DNA from: Mobula hypostoma
Lineage: Eukaryota
DNA length: 64,000 nucleotides
Direction: 5' to 3'
Assembly: GCF_963921235.1 (NCBI RefSeq)
Contig: NC_086109.1
Coordinates: 10,046,001 to 10,110,000, forward strand
Positions 36,536 through 50,598 of the stretch are shown piece by piece. Each line of letters starts with the position of its first letter. Position 1 is the first letter of the stretch. A program made the translations under genes and the position numbers. A model generated the notes under the pieces. The model worked only from the letters and a program-made list of their open reading frames with translations, was not told the origin of the DNA and did no database searches.

Positions 36536-39199
36536 CGAGACTAGCTAGTTGAAGCGTAATATTTGTTCCTGTGTGGGATCGAGTTTCCGCAACCCCCCCC
36601 CCCCAACCTTTTAATTCAGGCACCTCCCGCCTTCCTTCTCAGTCCTGACGTAGAGTCTTGGCCTGAAATGTGGACTGTTTACTCTTTTCCATGGATGCTG
36701 CCTGGCCTGCCAATTTCCTCCAGCATTTTCTGTGAATTGCCTTGTACCACCTTCCTGATGGCAGCAGTGAGAAGAGAGCATGGCCTGGATGGTGGGGTCT
36801 TGGTGATGGACGCTGCTTTCTTGTGGTAGCACTCCATGTAGATGTGCTCAGTGGTGGAGAGGGCTTTTCCTGCAATGGACTGGAATGTATCCACTACTTT
36901 TTGTAAAGGTGAACTGGTAAAAGCGGTGCTGTAAATAGAATTTTTTCAATACAGATCTTGGACTCTGGAGTACAGGAGAAGCAAAACCCCACTAAAATAA
37001 TTTCAGATCAGGTAGATGCTCCACTAAATACACATCGGAGTCAGGCTTTCTCATCCGTAACTCATGTATTCTGATTGACAAATATCGTTAAGGTGTGAAG
37101 ATAGTTGGTGATCATTGGTGAATTAATTGCTGAATTTCTTGAGCTAAGCAGACAGACCGTTTGGAAGTATTTTTCTCATTTGTTACTTCAATACTCTCAC
37201 ACTTTGTGTCCTTCAGCTTTTACTACAAACATATAGAGTGTTTTCAGAAGCTCTAAGAAGCATGGGTAAGATGAACTGCCATTCAGGCTTAAATATCAGC
37301 TCTTGCCAGTTGTAGTTTTTAACTGTGATGGATATCCAAATCAAATCCAGTTTCAAATGAAGATTTAGAACAAAGGGCACTGCAGCTTGGGAGGGAGAGA
37401 ATCATTTACAGTTATGAAGATTTTTTTTCTGATGTTGAAAGGTTTGTCTTCTGATCGCAGTTCTCTTCCAAACCACTGGGAACATAATCATTGGAATGTT
37501 GTTGCCCGAATAAATTCCAGAGAAGCCTCAGTCGTGAACTCAAGGAACTGCTCCCAGCTGCACAAACTTGTGAAACAACACTGATTAACAACGTCAAGAA
37601 GTTTTACAAACAATCCCTGAAGCAAAACATGAAAAAATAGGGTCTAATTTTAGAAATTTGATCTTTCACAACAGTTGCTGCCAAACACCACTAATGGTTA
37701 ACAGGTTTATATCCACACCACACAACTCTCTTTGGCAATTTCATGTTCATTGTATGAAGTCACTTGATTTCCAATGTAATCTGACTCAGGTCGGAATTAT
37801 ATAAGCATGGTTACAACCAGGCTGGAACTCAGACTAACCTGAAGCAGGTCAACGGGGTGTTTTGGAAGAGAACTCCCAACGAGCTGAAAGGTAATTTTCA
37901 GGTTTAAATTGATGGTTTAACTCTTCAACTTTATGAGCTATGGTACTTAAGTATCCATCTAATATAAAACTTAGTTTATATTCTGGAGGATGCAATTTTG
38001 CATATGTTAGTCAGAGTCACCTTATGTACAGACACTTCTGTACCTAGTGTCACTTGACTGCATGAATGAAAAATCAACCTATGTGTATAAGCTATCTTAT
38101 GTATTTATACTTATTGTGTTTTTTTTTAAATTTTTCTGTTCTTTATTTTGTTATGTTTTTTGTGCTACATTAGATCTGGAGTAACAACAATTTTGTTCTC
38201 CTTTACACTTGTGTACTGGAAATGACATTAAACAATCTTGAATCCAGGATGCAAGGAACATGCTTCAATCCTCGACATACATAGTGCATGGTCTGTCTCC
38301 ACAATGCTGACAACTAGTTTATTGATTTGGTGATTAGAAGTTCCAGTTTCCTGTTTCTTGTTGATCTCGGGTCATTTGGATTTTAACTCACCTTAGTTAG
38401 ACGAGTTCCTAATGCGGTCTCAGGACTCTAGCAGGGCATTGCCAAGGCAGTGTTTTGCTGGGGAAGCACAGGCAGATGCATTATTATACAGCATAGTCTG
38501 AACCATCCTGTATCTACTGAAGTCATCTCTCATAGTGGTGTCCTCATGTGAATTGGTTTACAGCATCTTTGTCAGAATATTTTTGCCAGTTTATTTTAGC
38601 CAAATAACAGTATGTTTCTTGTCATATACTAAACCTAATTAGTTCTGGAAATGAGAATACGTTTTCTTCAGAAATTGAATATAGCTTAACTAATAAAATA
38701 AATGATTAAAATGGCAATAGGACTGATTTGGATAGCTCTTTCAAAGGCTAGCATCAGTATGAAGAACCAAATAGTCTCTCCCTTTGCTGTATAACTATCT
38801 GATGATGACACCAACAGTTCCATTCTGAGACAGAGAAAATAGGCTGGACAGATTTTCAGTGTCCTAGACAACACACACATAATGCTGAAGGAACTCACCA
38901 GGCCAGGCAGCATTTACAGAAACGAGCAGTCGAAGTTTCGGGCTGAGACCCTTCTTCAGGGCTGGAAAGGAAGGGGGAAAATGGGAGAATAAAAAGGTAG
39001 GGGGAGGGGAGGGAAGATAGCTAGAAGTTCATATTACAGTGTCCTATTCTGTTCTATTGGTGGTGCCGTAATACTGTTATGCTAACCACTACACAACCGG
39101 TGCCACCCTATATAGAACCATCTAACCTGTAGTTTTTACATGCTGTTAAAACTGTATGTTTTACATTGGTCATTCATGCAATATGTGCCATGTCAAATG

Positions 39200-40315
39200 A
39201 TTAGATTAGATTCTACTTTGTTGTCATTGTGCCAAGTACAGATACAAAGCCAATGAAATGCAGTTAGCATCTGACCAGAAAGGCAAAGAATAGTGTTATT
39301 TACAAAATAACTGCGAATAAAAAGTAAGTGCTACAGCACACAAATATAAAAGTACTGAGACAGTACAATATGGGTACAATACTGCTTAGCGCTGTGATGT
39401 GAGGTTCAGCAGGGTCACAGCCTCAGGGAAGAAGCTCTTCCTGTGCTTGCTGGTGCGGGAGCGGAGGCTCCTGTAGCGCCTACCAGATGGGAGGAGAGTA
39501 AAAAGTCCATGGTTAGGGTGAGATGCATCCTTGATAATGCTTTTCGCCCTGCCCAGGCAGCGTTTATGGTAGATGTCCTCAATGGTTGGCAATTGGGTGC
39601 TGATAATCCGCTGGGCAGTTTTCACCACACGCTGGAGTGCTTTGCGGTCTGATACGGGACAATTGCCATACCACACTGAGATGCAGTTGGTGAGTATGCT
39701 CTCAGTAAAAGTCCGTCAGTATCCTGGGACAGAGGTGAGCTTTCTTGATGCTCAGCAGGAAATAAAGGTGCTGTTGTGCGTTTTTGATCAGGATGGAGGA
39801 GTTCAAGGACCAGGTGAGATCCTCAGAAATGTGGACACCAAGGAATTTGAAGCTTGATACATGCTCCACTACAGTTCCGTTGATGTAGATGGGCACGTGA
39901 GTGTGGCTCTTAGCATGCCTGAAGTCCACAATGATCTCCTTGGTCTTCTGGATGTTAAGGGCCAGGTTGTTGTTGGCACGCCCCGTGGCCAGGTGCTGGA
40001 CCTCGTCCCTGTAGGCCGTCTCGTCATCCCCTCTGATCAGGCCAACCACTCTGGTGTCTTCTACGAACTTGATTATGGAGTTAGAACCGTGTACAGGAAC
40101 GCAGTCATAGGTGAAAAGGGAGTACAGAAGAGGGCTCAGCACACAGCCTTGAGGCACGCCAGTGTTCAGGGTGAGAGTGGAGGAGGAGAGGTTGTCTAAC
40201 TTAACTGATTGGGGTCTGTTAGTCAGAAAGTCCAAAGTTCAATTGCGGAGGGTTGAGCTGATACCAAGCTGGTGAAGTTTGGCGATCAGCTTGGAGGGGA
40301 TCACAGTATTGAATG
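39200..40315 (-). mobile_element. Rex1/Babar-like LINE RT plus 3' end
   Basis: [44 protein letters not shown]; (atcta)n tail near 39200. Confidence 0.85.
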
Positions 40316-40319
40316 CCTA

Positions 40320-40670
40320 ATGATGTGGGAGATCATGTTCTTGACCATGATTGTTCTTGGCAAACTTTTCAACAGAAGTGGTTTGCTGTTGCCTTCTTCT
40401 GGGCAGTGTCTTTACAAGACTGGTGACTCCAGCCATTATCAATATTCTTCAGAGATTGTCTGCCTGGTGTCAGTGGTCACATAACCAGGACTTGTGACAT
40501 CCACCAGCTGTCCATACAACCATCCACCATCTGCTCCCATGGCTTCATGTGACCCTGATCCAGGTGGGGGGGGGGCTAAGCAGGTGCTACCCCTTGCCCA
40601 AGGGTGACCTGCAGGCTAGTGGAGGGAAGGAGCACCTTACACCGCCTTTGATAGAGACGTCATCTCCACC
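40320..40670 (-). mobile_element. RTE-related non-autonomous element
   Basis: Reverse complement of 10821-11155. Confidence 0.65.
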
Positions 40671-43044
40671 CTACTACCCACTTACATTGTTAATTATCTT
40701 TAAATTAAACTGGGTTAGTTCACACTGGTTGTAGCTTGAAAATCAAACAATGGGAGATTAATTTAAATGGAATTCTAGGAACTAAAAAAAACATTAATCC
40801 ATCTTGTCCTTGACAAAATGGGTTCCATCTTCTCATTTTAAACCAAATAGCTGAAAGCTGCATTATAATACAGAACTGTTCCTTTCATTTGGATGGCATG
40901 CCAGCGTAGTGGTTAGCATAACACTTTATAACACCGAAGTTCAAAGTAAGTTTTATTGTCAATGTCACCATAAACAACCCTGAGATTCATTTTCCTGTGA
41001 GCATACTTAACAAACCTATAGAATACTAACCATAACAGAATTAATGAAAGACCACCCGACTACGGTGTTCAACCAGAGACAACAAACAATGCAAATGCAA
41101 GAAAGAAACAATGATATAAATAAATAAGCAATAAATATGGAAGACATGAGATGCCATTGTCTGAAAGGAGTTTGTACCTTCTCCCCATGACCACATCAGT
41201 TTCCTCCCACATCCCAAAGATACATGGGTTAGTCAGGTAACTGGTCACATGGGTATAATATGGAGCAGCAGACTCATTCAGCCAGAAGGAATAAGATTAA
41301 ATAAATTTGGAAAGTCGTGTAATCTCTCCACCATATACAAAAGGAGAGAGAGGGAACTTGGAGAATTAGAGACTAGTTATTTTGCTGTTTATTGTTAGGA
41401 TGATACCTAAGTCTATATTAAAGTGTGAATGACAACTCATTCATTGTTTTTAGAAAATTAGTGGAGTTGCAATAGGCAGGTCACGCGTAAAAGTTTTGAA
41501 TAGATTCTTGAAGATTTTGAGTAAGTTCTTATTTGACTGCAGATTTCTGCAGCATACATGGACTCAGGGTTTGGACTTCTTTTATGTGGCTGTATTTTAC
41601 CGATACCTCACATGTGCTTGCCATCTTGTATGTGCTCTGTGTGCTTTGTGCTGTGTGTGACTGTTGGAACTGTGTTTTGTACCTTGACCCCATAGTAACG
41701 CTGTCTCATTTGACTGTATTCATGGGTATTCATGTATGGTTGAATAATAATTAAACTTGAATTGTCTTGTCTTGTCCATACTGCACCAACTGCCACCGGG
41801 CTATAAACGTGCAGGAGCAACGTGTGGTTAAGTGCCTTGCTCAAGGACACAACATGCTGCCTCGGCTGAGGCTCGAACTCGCGACCTTCAGATCACTAGT
41901 CCAATGCCCTAACCACTTAGTCATGCACCAACACAACCCTGAATTGAATTGGAGAAGGTGATTAAAGAAGTGGGTAGCAATGTCAACAATTTATACTTAC
42001 CTGGATTCTCCATAACTTTGATGACTCTGTGCTAATGTTAAGAGTCTGAATTGAGGGTAAATTATTGATGTACATAAGTAATTGGCAAAGCAAGATTTAG
42101 CAAATCCCCATCCCCAGGCTCAGGGGCACACACCCGAGCCTGGATAAGCCTTGTGTTGGTGCTGACATCAACGGAGTTAGGACTGGCCCCATTGTGAAGA
42201 GGATTTCAGCCTAGGCTGTCTGGTCAAGCACTGAACTCAAGTCTGCATGAAAATATTCTTTCCTCAAACCTTAGTGAACCATAGCAGCCATCTTCAATGC
42301 ACACTCCTGGTCTGTGAAGGCAAATAGACCTTTCCCATTCACACTGCCAGGGTCCCTTTTCTTTTATACACTAGAGGTAAATATCTCTCGGGTGACTTTC
42401 GATCCAGAGGAAGCAACTCCAGTGAAGTCTGGGGCAGGAGTGAGACCAATGACCGTGGATGCTGCGGTGGCTGTAACCCTGCCCAGGCAGTACCGCGTGG
42501 ACAGCGTGGTAGCGCAGCAGACATCATAGTGCTTTACAGCACTAGTGATCGGGGTTCAATTCCCGACAGTGCCAGTAAGGAGTTTATACTTTCTCCCCGC
42601 GACTGTGTGAGTCTCCTTCAGGAGCTCCAGTTTCCTCCCACAGTCCAAAGACCTATGGGTTAGGGTTAGTAACTTCTGGGGAGGCTATGTTGGCACTGGA
42701 GGCGTGGCAACACTGGCAGGCTGCTCCCTCCACCGTGCTGCCCCCCACCCCGACATCCGCGGACTTTGTTGGTCATCGATGCAAAATTAAGCTTTTCACT
42801 GTATGTTTCAATGTTTCACTGTACACGTGACAAATAAAGCCAATCTTTATCTTCACCCTATCAGTCATACCCTGCGGATCAGTCTGTTACGAGTGACTGA
42901 AACTCAAGTTCAAGTTCATTGCTGTCATTGGCATTCAGAGTACAAATACCATGAAAACCAGCATTTTTCAGCAACAGCACTGTCCATGACAGACACAACA
43001 AGTAATCATGTAAACTTACATTCACATTATTGGTGAATAATGTA

Positions 43045-43606
43045 CACTCGGTGGCCACCTTACTAGTCACCTCCTGTACCTAATAAAGTGGCCACTGAGT
43101 GTATGTCTGTATATCTTCTGCTGCTGTAGCCCTTCCACTTCAACTTTTGATGTATTATGTATTCAGAGACGCTCTTCTGCACACTATTGTTGTAACACGT
43201 GGTCATTTGAGTGACTGTCATCTTCCTGTCAGTTTGAACCAGTCGGACCATTCTCACCTGACTTCTCTCATTAACAAGGCATTTTTTCTCACAGACTGCT
43301 GCTCACTGGATTTTTTTGTTTTGTTTTTCACACCGTTCTCTGGAAACTCTAGAGATTTTTGTGCGTGAAAATCCCAGGAGATCATCAGCTTCTGAGTTAC
43401 ACAAACCACCCCGTCTGGCACCAATGACTATTCCATGGTGAAAGTCACTCAAAGCACATTTCTTCCCCATTCTGATGTTTGATCTGAGCCAGTGAACCTC
43501 TTGACCATGTCTGCATGCTTTTATGCACTGAGTTCTTTCCATATGATTGGCTGATTAGATATTTTTATTAAGGAGCAGGTGTACCTAATAAAGAGGCCAC
43601 TGTGTG
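43045..43606 (-). mobile_element. Tc1/mariner-derived non-autonomous DNA transposon
   Basis: TIR cactc(a/g)gtggccac..taggtaca, TA at the left end; remnant MGKK..LSDF..G.VIGARR.G...SEADDLLGFSRT.ISRV (Tc1 HTH region). Confidence 0.8.
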
Positions 43607-45149
43607 TGACACAATGTCTGGTACAACTGCGATATAACATTTCAAAGTTCAGAAGGTTAACGTAAATTTATTATCAAAGTACCTATACATCACTGTATAC
43701 AACCCTGAGATTTGTTTTCTTGCAGGTATACAATGTAAATTGTATACCCGTGCACTGAGAGCGGTAAGCATAAAGGTGTTGGGTGCTTACTGTTCTGGTT
43801 AACAACAGATGGTGCAATCCGGGTCATATTACGATCGAGGAACGTGTTTGTAGACCGGATATTGAACTTTTTACTGTTGGACTTTGGCCACATTCCACCG
43901 TGATACAACACTGGGCAGCACGGGAGGTCGTTCCTGCCTGTGGCCATCGAACGTGCAGTTCCTCCCATGGAGGGTCAGACACCCTGAGTCAATAGACTGG
44001 TCCTGGAGTTATTTTCCATCTGGCATAGTTTGCATTTTGTTGTTTGATTGTCTGTGGTTTTTGTATTGCTATATTTACGCTCTATTCTTGGTTGGTGCGG
44101 CTGTAACGAAACCCAATTTCCCTCGGGATTAATAAAATATATCTATCTATCTATCTATCTATCTATCTAAATCCAAGAAACACAACAGAATCAATGAAAG
44201 CCTGTACCCAACAGACAACCAACCAATGTGCAAAAGACAAAAAAACAAAAAATAAAATAATAATAATAATAATACAATAAATAAGCAATAAATATTAAGA
44301 ACATGAGATGAAGAGTCCTTCAAAGTGAGTCCATAGGTTGTGGGACCATTCAGTGACGGGCAAATGAAGTTGAGTGAAGTTATCCCCTCTGTTTCAAAAG
44401 CTTGATGGTTGAGGGGTAATAACTGTTCCTGAGCCCGGTGCTGTAGGTCCTGAGGCTCCTGTACCTTCTTCCTGATGGTAGCAGTGAGAAGAGAGTATGG
44501 TCTGGGTGGTGGGGGTCCTTGATTATAGATGCTGCTTTCTTACGACAGCACTCAGTGGTGTAGATATGCTCAATAGTGGGCAAGGCTTTTCCAGTGATGG
44601 ACTGGACTAGTTTTTGTAGGATTTTACATTCAATGGCATTGACTTAAGCATTATATATTTGCATTAATGAGTGTGTACCTAAGGTGTACAGGTGTACCTA
44701 ATAAAGTGGCCAATGAGGGTATATTTAACTATCCTCCACTCATTGCATTGTTTTTCAGAACATTATTACTCTTACTGGGAGAGGATGCTACCTTTTTTCC
44801 TGTTAGTTTCAAAAATATAAATTTACAAAGTAAATGGAAACTATTAATCATAAGTCCACTCTACTCTATTTTATAATTATTCACTGGACCAGTACTGGCA
44901 AGAACTTCCTAAATTATGAATTCTAAGTTTAAGTTGGACTTCAATAGAATTGAATTTCAGAAGCAAAATACAATGCACAGCTACATCTTTAAATATTTCA
45001 TATTTAACGAAAAAAGCTGAGGAAGAATTTCTTTCCATTGCATTGATCCAATCTTTAACTAACACTTTTTAGTATTAATGAAGGCTTACCGGAACACAAG
45101 TTTTGGCAATTAATCTTTAATTCACACCATACAGTCTTAGAACAGTAGG

Positions 45150-45890
45150 GCACAGACCTCTCCCTCAACGTTGCAAAAATAAAGGAGCTGGTTGTAGACT
45201 ACAGGAGGAATGGACACAGCTAATATCTATAGACATCAATGGATCTGGGGTTGAGAGAGTGAACAGCTTTAAGTTCCTCGGCATTAACATCATCAATGAT
45301 CAAACCTGGTCTGTATATACCAGCTGTGTGGTGAAAGAGGCACAACAGTGCCTCTTTCACCTCAGACAGTTGAAGAAGTTTGGAATGGGCCCCCAAATCC
45401 TAAGAACTTTCTACAAGGCACAATTGAGAACATCCTGACTGGCTGCATCACTGCCTGCTGTGGGAACTGTACTTCCCTCCATCACAGGGCTCTGTAGAGA
45501 GTGGTGCAGACAGCCCAGTGCATCTGTAGCTGTGAGCTTCCCACTATTCAGGACATTTACAAGGACAAGTAAGTAAAAAGGGCCCAAAGGATCATTGGGG
45601 ACACAAGTCACCCCAACCGCAAACTGTTCCAGCTGCTACCATCTGGGAAATGATGCCACAGCATAAAAGCCGGGACCAACAGGCTCCGGGACAGCTTCTT
45701 CCACCAGGCCATCAGACTGATTAATTCATGCTGACCCAACTGTATTTCTATGTTATATTGACTGTCCTGTTGTATATACTATTTAATATAAATTACTATG
45801 ATTGCACATTGCACATTTGAATGGAGTCGTAACGTAAAGATTTTTACTACTCATGTATATGAAGGATGTAAATAATAAACTCAATTCAAT
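45150..45890 (+). mobile_element. Rex1/L2-like LINE 3' fragment
   Basis: KELVVDYRR, FKFLG, ENILTGCIT motifs; aataaa followed by a (tcaat) tail. Confidence 0.7.
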
Positions 45891-45929
45891 TTTCATCCCA
45901 TTTCATCCATGCCAACTGTGACCAAGTAC

Positions 45930-48900
45930 TCAAAGTGTTATATCTCAGTGCACAGAATATAGGAAATAAGGTGGATGATCTTCTTGCACTATTACAAATT
46001 GTTGGGTACGATGTTGTGGCCATCACTGAGTCATGGCTGAAGGATGGTTGTATTTAGGAGCTGAATGTCCAAGGTTACACGTTATATCAGAGAGATAGGA
46101 AGGTAGGCAGAGGGGATGGCTGGTAAGGAATGGCATCAAATCAGTAAAAAGATGTGACATAGGATCGGAAGATGTTGAATCCCTGTGAGTTGAGTTACGA
46201 AACTGCAAGGACCCTGATGGCAGTTATAAACAGGTTTTCCAAGGGTAGCTGAGATGTGGATCACAGATTACAATAGGACATAGAAAAGGCATTTCAAAAG
46301 CGCAATGTTATGATAGTTACGGGAGATTTCAACATGCAGTTCGATTTGGAAAATCAGGTTGGTAATGGATCTCAAGAGAGTGAGTTTGTTAAATGCCTAC
46401 AAGATGGCTTTTTTAGAGCAGTTTGTGATTGAGCCTTCTTGGGGATTAGCTATATTGGATTGAGTGTTATGTAATTAACTGGAGGTAATTAGGGAGTTTA
46501 TGGTAAAAGAACACTTAGGAGACAGTGATCACAATATCAAAGTTGCTTGAATTTCCAGTATCTGCAGAATTCCTCGTGTTTGAGTGATCACAATATGATT
46601 GAGTTCAACTTCAGGTTTGATGGGGAGAAAGTGAAGTCTGACATAGCAGTATTTCAGTGGAGTAAAGGAAGTTACAGTGGTATGAGAGAGGAGTTGGCCA
46701 AAGTTAATTGGAAGGAGATGCTGGCAGGGATGACAGCAGCACGGCAGTGGTGTGAGTTTCTGGCAAAAAATGAGGAAGGTGCGGTATAGTTGTATTCCAA
46801 AAACAAAGAAATACTCAGTTGGCAAAACAGTACAACTGTGCCTGACAAGGGAAGTCAAAGCTAATGTAAAAGCAAAAGATAGGGCATAAAACAAAGCAAA
46901 AAATTAGTGGGAAGATAGAGGATCAAAAACCTACAGAGAGCAACTAAAAGAATCATTGGGTGGGAAAAGATGAAATATGAAAGCAAATTAACAAATAATG
47001 TCAAAGTGGATAGTAAAAGCTTTTTTAAGTATGAATAAAATAAAAGAAAGGTGACAATGGATATAGAACCATTAGCAAATGGGGCTGGAGAAATAAGATG
47101 GCAGATGAACTGAATGAGTATTTTGCATCAGTCCTTACTGTAGAAGGCACTGGCAGTATGCCAGATGTTGAAGGGTATGAGGGAAGAGAAGTGAGTGCAG
47201 TTACTATAAAAGGGGAGAAGGTGCTCAAAAAGCAAAAAGACCCAAGGGTACATAAATCACCCAGACCAGATAAACTGCACACTAGGGTTTTGAAAGAGGT
47301 AGGGATGTGGAGGCATTAGTAATGAATTTTCAAAAATCATTGGAATCCGGCATGGTGCTAGAGCTAGAACCACAAGGCACAACCTCAAAACTGAGGGGCA
47401 AAATTTTAGAACAGAGGTAAGGAAGGATTTTTTTCACCAGAGGGTAGTAAATCTGTAAAATGCTTTGCCACTGACTGTGGTGGAAGCCTAATCCACGGGT
47501 ATATTTAAGGCAGAAGTTGAATCATTTCCTGATTGGTCAAGGCATCAAAGGATACAGGAAGGAGACCGGTGTATGGATTTGAGTAGGATTTGGGATCAGA
47601 CACGATGGAATGGTAGAGCAGATTCAATGGGCTGAATGGCCTAATTTTGCACCTATAACTTATGGTCTTATGGTCTTATGAACTGGAAAAATTCAAATGT
47701 CACTTCACTCCTTAAGAAAAGAGGAAGGCAGCAGAAAAGAAACTATAGACCAGTAAGCTTGACCTCAGTGGTTGGGAAGATGTTGGAGTCAATTGTTGAG
47801 GATGAGGTTATGGAGTACCTGGTAACACAGGACAAGATAGGACAAAGTCAGCATGGTTTCCTTAAGGGAAAATATTGCCTGGCAAACATGTTAGAATTAT
47901 TAGAGGAGATTAGAAGTAGGATAGATAAAGGGGATGTAGTGGATGTTATATATTTGGATTTTCAGGAGAACTTTGACAAGTGCCACACATGAAGTTGCTT
48001 ACCAAGTTAAGAGCCCATGGTATTGCAGGAGAGTTACTAACATGGTTAGAGCATTGGCTGATTGGTAGGAGGCAGTGAGTGGGAATAAAAGGATCCTTTA
48101 CTGATTGTGGTGACTAGTGGTGTTCCACAGGGGTCAGTGTTTTTATGCTGTATATCAATGATTTAGATGATGGAATAGATGGCTTTGCAGATGATATGAA
48201 GGTTGGTGGAGAAGCAGGTAGTGTTGAGGAAACAGGCTGCAGAAGGACTTAGACAGAATAGGAGAATGGACAAGAAAGTGGCAAATGAAATACAACTGTG
48301 GAAAATGCATGGTCATGCACTTTGGTTGTAGAAATAAATGTGCAGACTATTTTCTAAGTGGGGAGAGAATCCAAAACTCTGAGATGCAAAGGGACTTGAG
48401 AGTCTTTGTGCAGAACATCCTAAAGGTCTAGTCAGTGGCGAGGAAGACAAATGCAATGTTAGCATTCATCTCAAGAGGGATAGAGTACAAAATAGGGATG
48501 TGATGCTGAGGCTTTATAATGCACTGGTGTGGCCTCACCTTGAGAATTGTGAACAGTTTTGGGTTCCTCACCTAAAGAAAGATATGCTGGCTTTAGAGAG
48601 GGTTCAGTGGAGGTGCACAAGGATGATTCCGGGAATAAAAGGGTTATAATACGGGAAACATTGGATAGTTCTGGGTCTGTACTCGCTGGAATTTAGAAGG
48701 ATGGGTGGGGATCTCATTGAAACTTTTTGAATGTTGAGAGGCCTAGACAGAGTAAATGTAGAAAGAATGGTTCCTTTGGTGGGGGAGTCTCAGACAAGAG
48801 GGCACAGCCTCAGGCTGGTGGGACGGCCATTTACAACAGAGATGTGGAGAAATTTCTTTGGTGGTGAACTTGTGGAATTTGTTGCCACAGGCAGCTGTGG

Positions 48901-49097
48901 AGGCAGGTCATTGGGTGCATTTAAAGCAGAGCTTTATAGGTTCTTGATTGAACACTGCATCAAAGGTTACGGGGAGAAGGCCAGGCAGTGGGGCTGAGGA
49001 GGGGAAAGAGAATCAGCCATGATTGAATGGCAGAATAGACTTGATGGGCCAAATGGCCTAATTCTGCTCTTATGTCTTATGATCTTATGGTGTTATG
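45930..49097 (+). mobile_element. Near full-length decayed CR1-type ORF2 (endonuclease plus RT), with nested inserts
   Basis: YDVVAITESWL (APE endonuclease), GDFN, NYRPVSLTSVVGK, QHGF, DVIYLDF, GVPQGSV, FADD; many stops and frameshifts; nested CR1 3' end at about 47362-47679. Confidence 0.9.
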
Positions 49098-49232
49098 ATG
49101 CCGATCTACTCTAATCCCATTTGCCCGCATTAGACACATATCCCCGTGTGTCTTTCCCTCCGTTCCCGCCCAAATGCCCTTTGAATATTATAACAATCAA
49201 TATATCTCAATGTCAAACTTGATAGATTTACT

Positions 49233-49466
49233 AGGTTAACACACACAAAATGCTGGAGGAACTCAGCAGGTTGGGCAGCAGCTTTGGAAATGAATAAAGG
49301 TTAGATGTTTCCGGTTGAGACCTTCATCAGGGCGATGATGAGTGTTGGCCCAATACCTCAACTCTTTATTCCTCTCCATAGATGCTGCCTGACCTGCTGA
49401 GTTCCTCCAGCATTTTGTGAGTGTTACTCTGGATTTCCAGCATCCGCAGAATCTCTTCTGTTTATC
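49233..49466. mobile_element. Penelope-derived fold-back element just upstream of the hyaluronidase acceptor
   Basis: Inverted arms spanning 49237-49426; TSD ataga(t/c)ttact at 49222-49232 and 49467-49477. Confidence 0.7.
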
Positions 49467-49647
49467 ATAGACTTACTGTTGGGTGGTTTAAAAAGAATCA
49501 TGTTTCTCTGGGGTGCTGTTGGGCATGCTAAGTTCTTTGTTTCACACTGGATTTAAATTCTAAGACATTTTACTGAATATGTTTCCAAGTGAAAGAAGTT
49601 TGTTTCCTCCTCTTTATTTTCTTAGAGGCTGGGATCTCATTGCCAGG

Positions 49648-50598
49648 ATGGATGTATTCAATCGTTTGGGAAGTAGCAGCGTTAAAATCCTGGTCATTCT
49701 TTGGCACCTCACACTTGTTCCAGGATCCTCCAGCTGGTCGCATCTCAAAACCACATCTCCTTTAAGGCAGGGTTTCCCATTCCTCGGGATATGGAATGCG
49801 CCGTCAGAACTATGCACAAACAAATTTGGAATCACATTCAACCTAACGTCATTTCCGATGGTATCGACCACACGGAGAAGCCCGTTCCAGCAGGACATCC
49901 GGATATTCTTCAATCGAATGCTTGGACACTACCCTCACTACAATGAGCTAACTGGTCAGGAGTTCAACGGTGGGATTCCACAGCAAGTTAACATGGCTGA
50001 GCATTTGAAAAAATCTGAGCAGGATATTCAGATGCTAATCCCATCCACCACATCCAAGGGCTTGGCTGTTATTGACTGGGAGAACTGGAGACCCCTCTGG
50101 AGTAGGAACTGGAACCATATGTGCATCTACCAGCGCCAATCCACTGAGCTGGTGCAGCAGAGGGATTTATCCCTAATGCGGGAAAATGCAACGGCAATTG
50201 CCAAGGCCGAATTCGAGGAGGCTGCAAAAACATTGCTGATCAAGACTCTGCAGCTCGGCAAGAAATTAAGACCCAATCAACTCTGGGGTTATTACCTGTT
50301 CCCCAATTGTTATAACAGCTGGCACAAGGGCAGGAATAGAACGTACACGGGAAAGTGCCCCCAGCGGGCAGTATCACGCAACAACAAACTCCTTTGGCTC
50401 TGGCGGGAGAGCACAGCACTTTTCCCTAGTATCTACCTGCCCAAAGTTTTCCAGTCTTCCTACAAGGCAAAGCTGTTTGTGCGCAATCAAGTACAGGAGG
50501 CCATGAGGGTCGCTGCTCTTTCCAAAGAACACGCTCTCCCAGTTTATGTTTATACCAGAGCAATGTATCGCAACGCTTTTAACCAATCCCTCTCGGAG
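49648..50598 (+). CDS. Hyaluronidase (glycoside hydrolase family 56), large first coding exon; PH-20/SPAM1-like, paralog uncertain
   Basis: 317 open codons with GH56 motifs WNAPSELC, NGGIPQ, LAVIDWENWRPLWSRNW (catalytic D-x-E), LRPNQLWGYYLFPNCYN, WLWRESTALFPSIYL. Polypyrimidine acceptor ...cctctttattttcttag ends at 49625, Kozak-like gccaggATGG at 49648, hydrophobic signal-like N-terminus, phase-0 donor GAG|gtaagg after 50598, matching the usual vertebrate HYAL/SPAM1 exon boundary. Confidence 0.93.

Noticed and set aside
42658..42670. ggttagggttag as an interstitial telomere (also near 52454)
   Set aside because: Only two units, at the same position within two copies of the same SINE.
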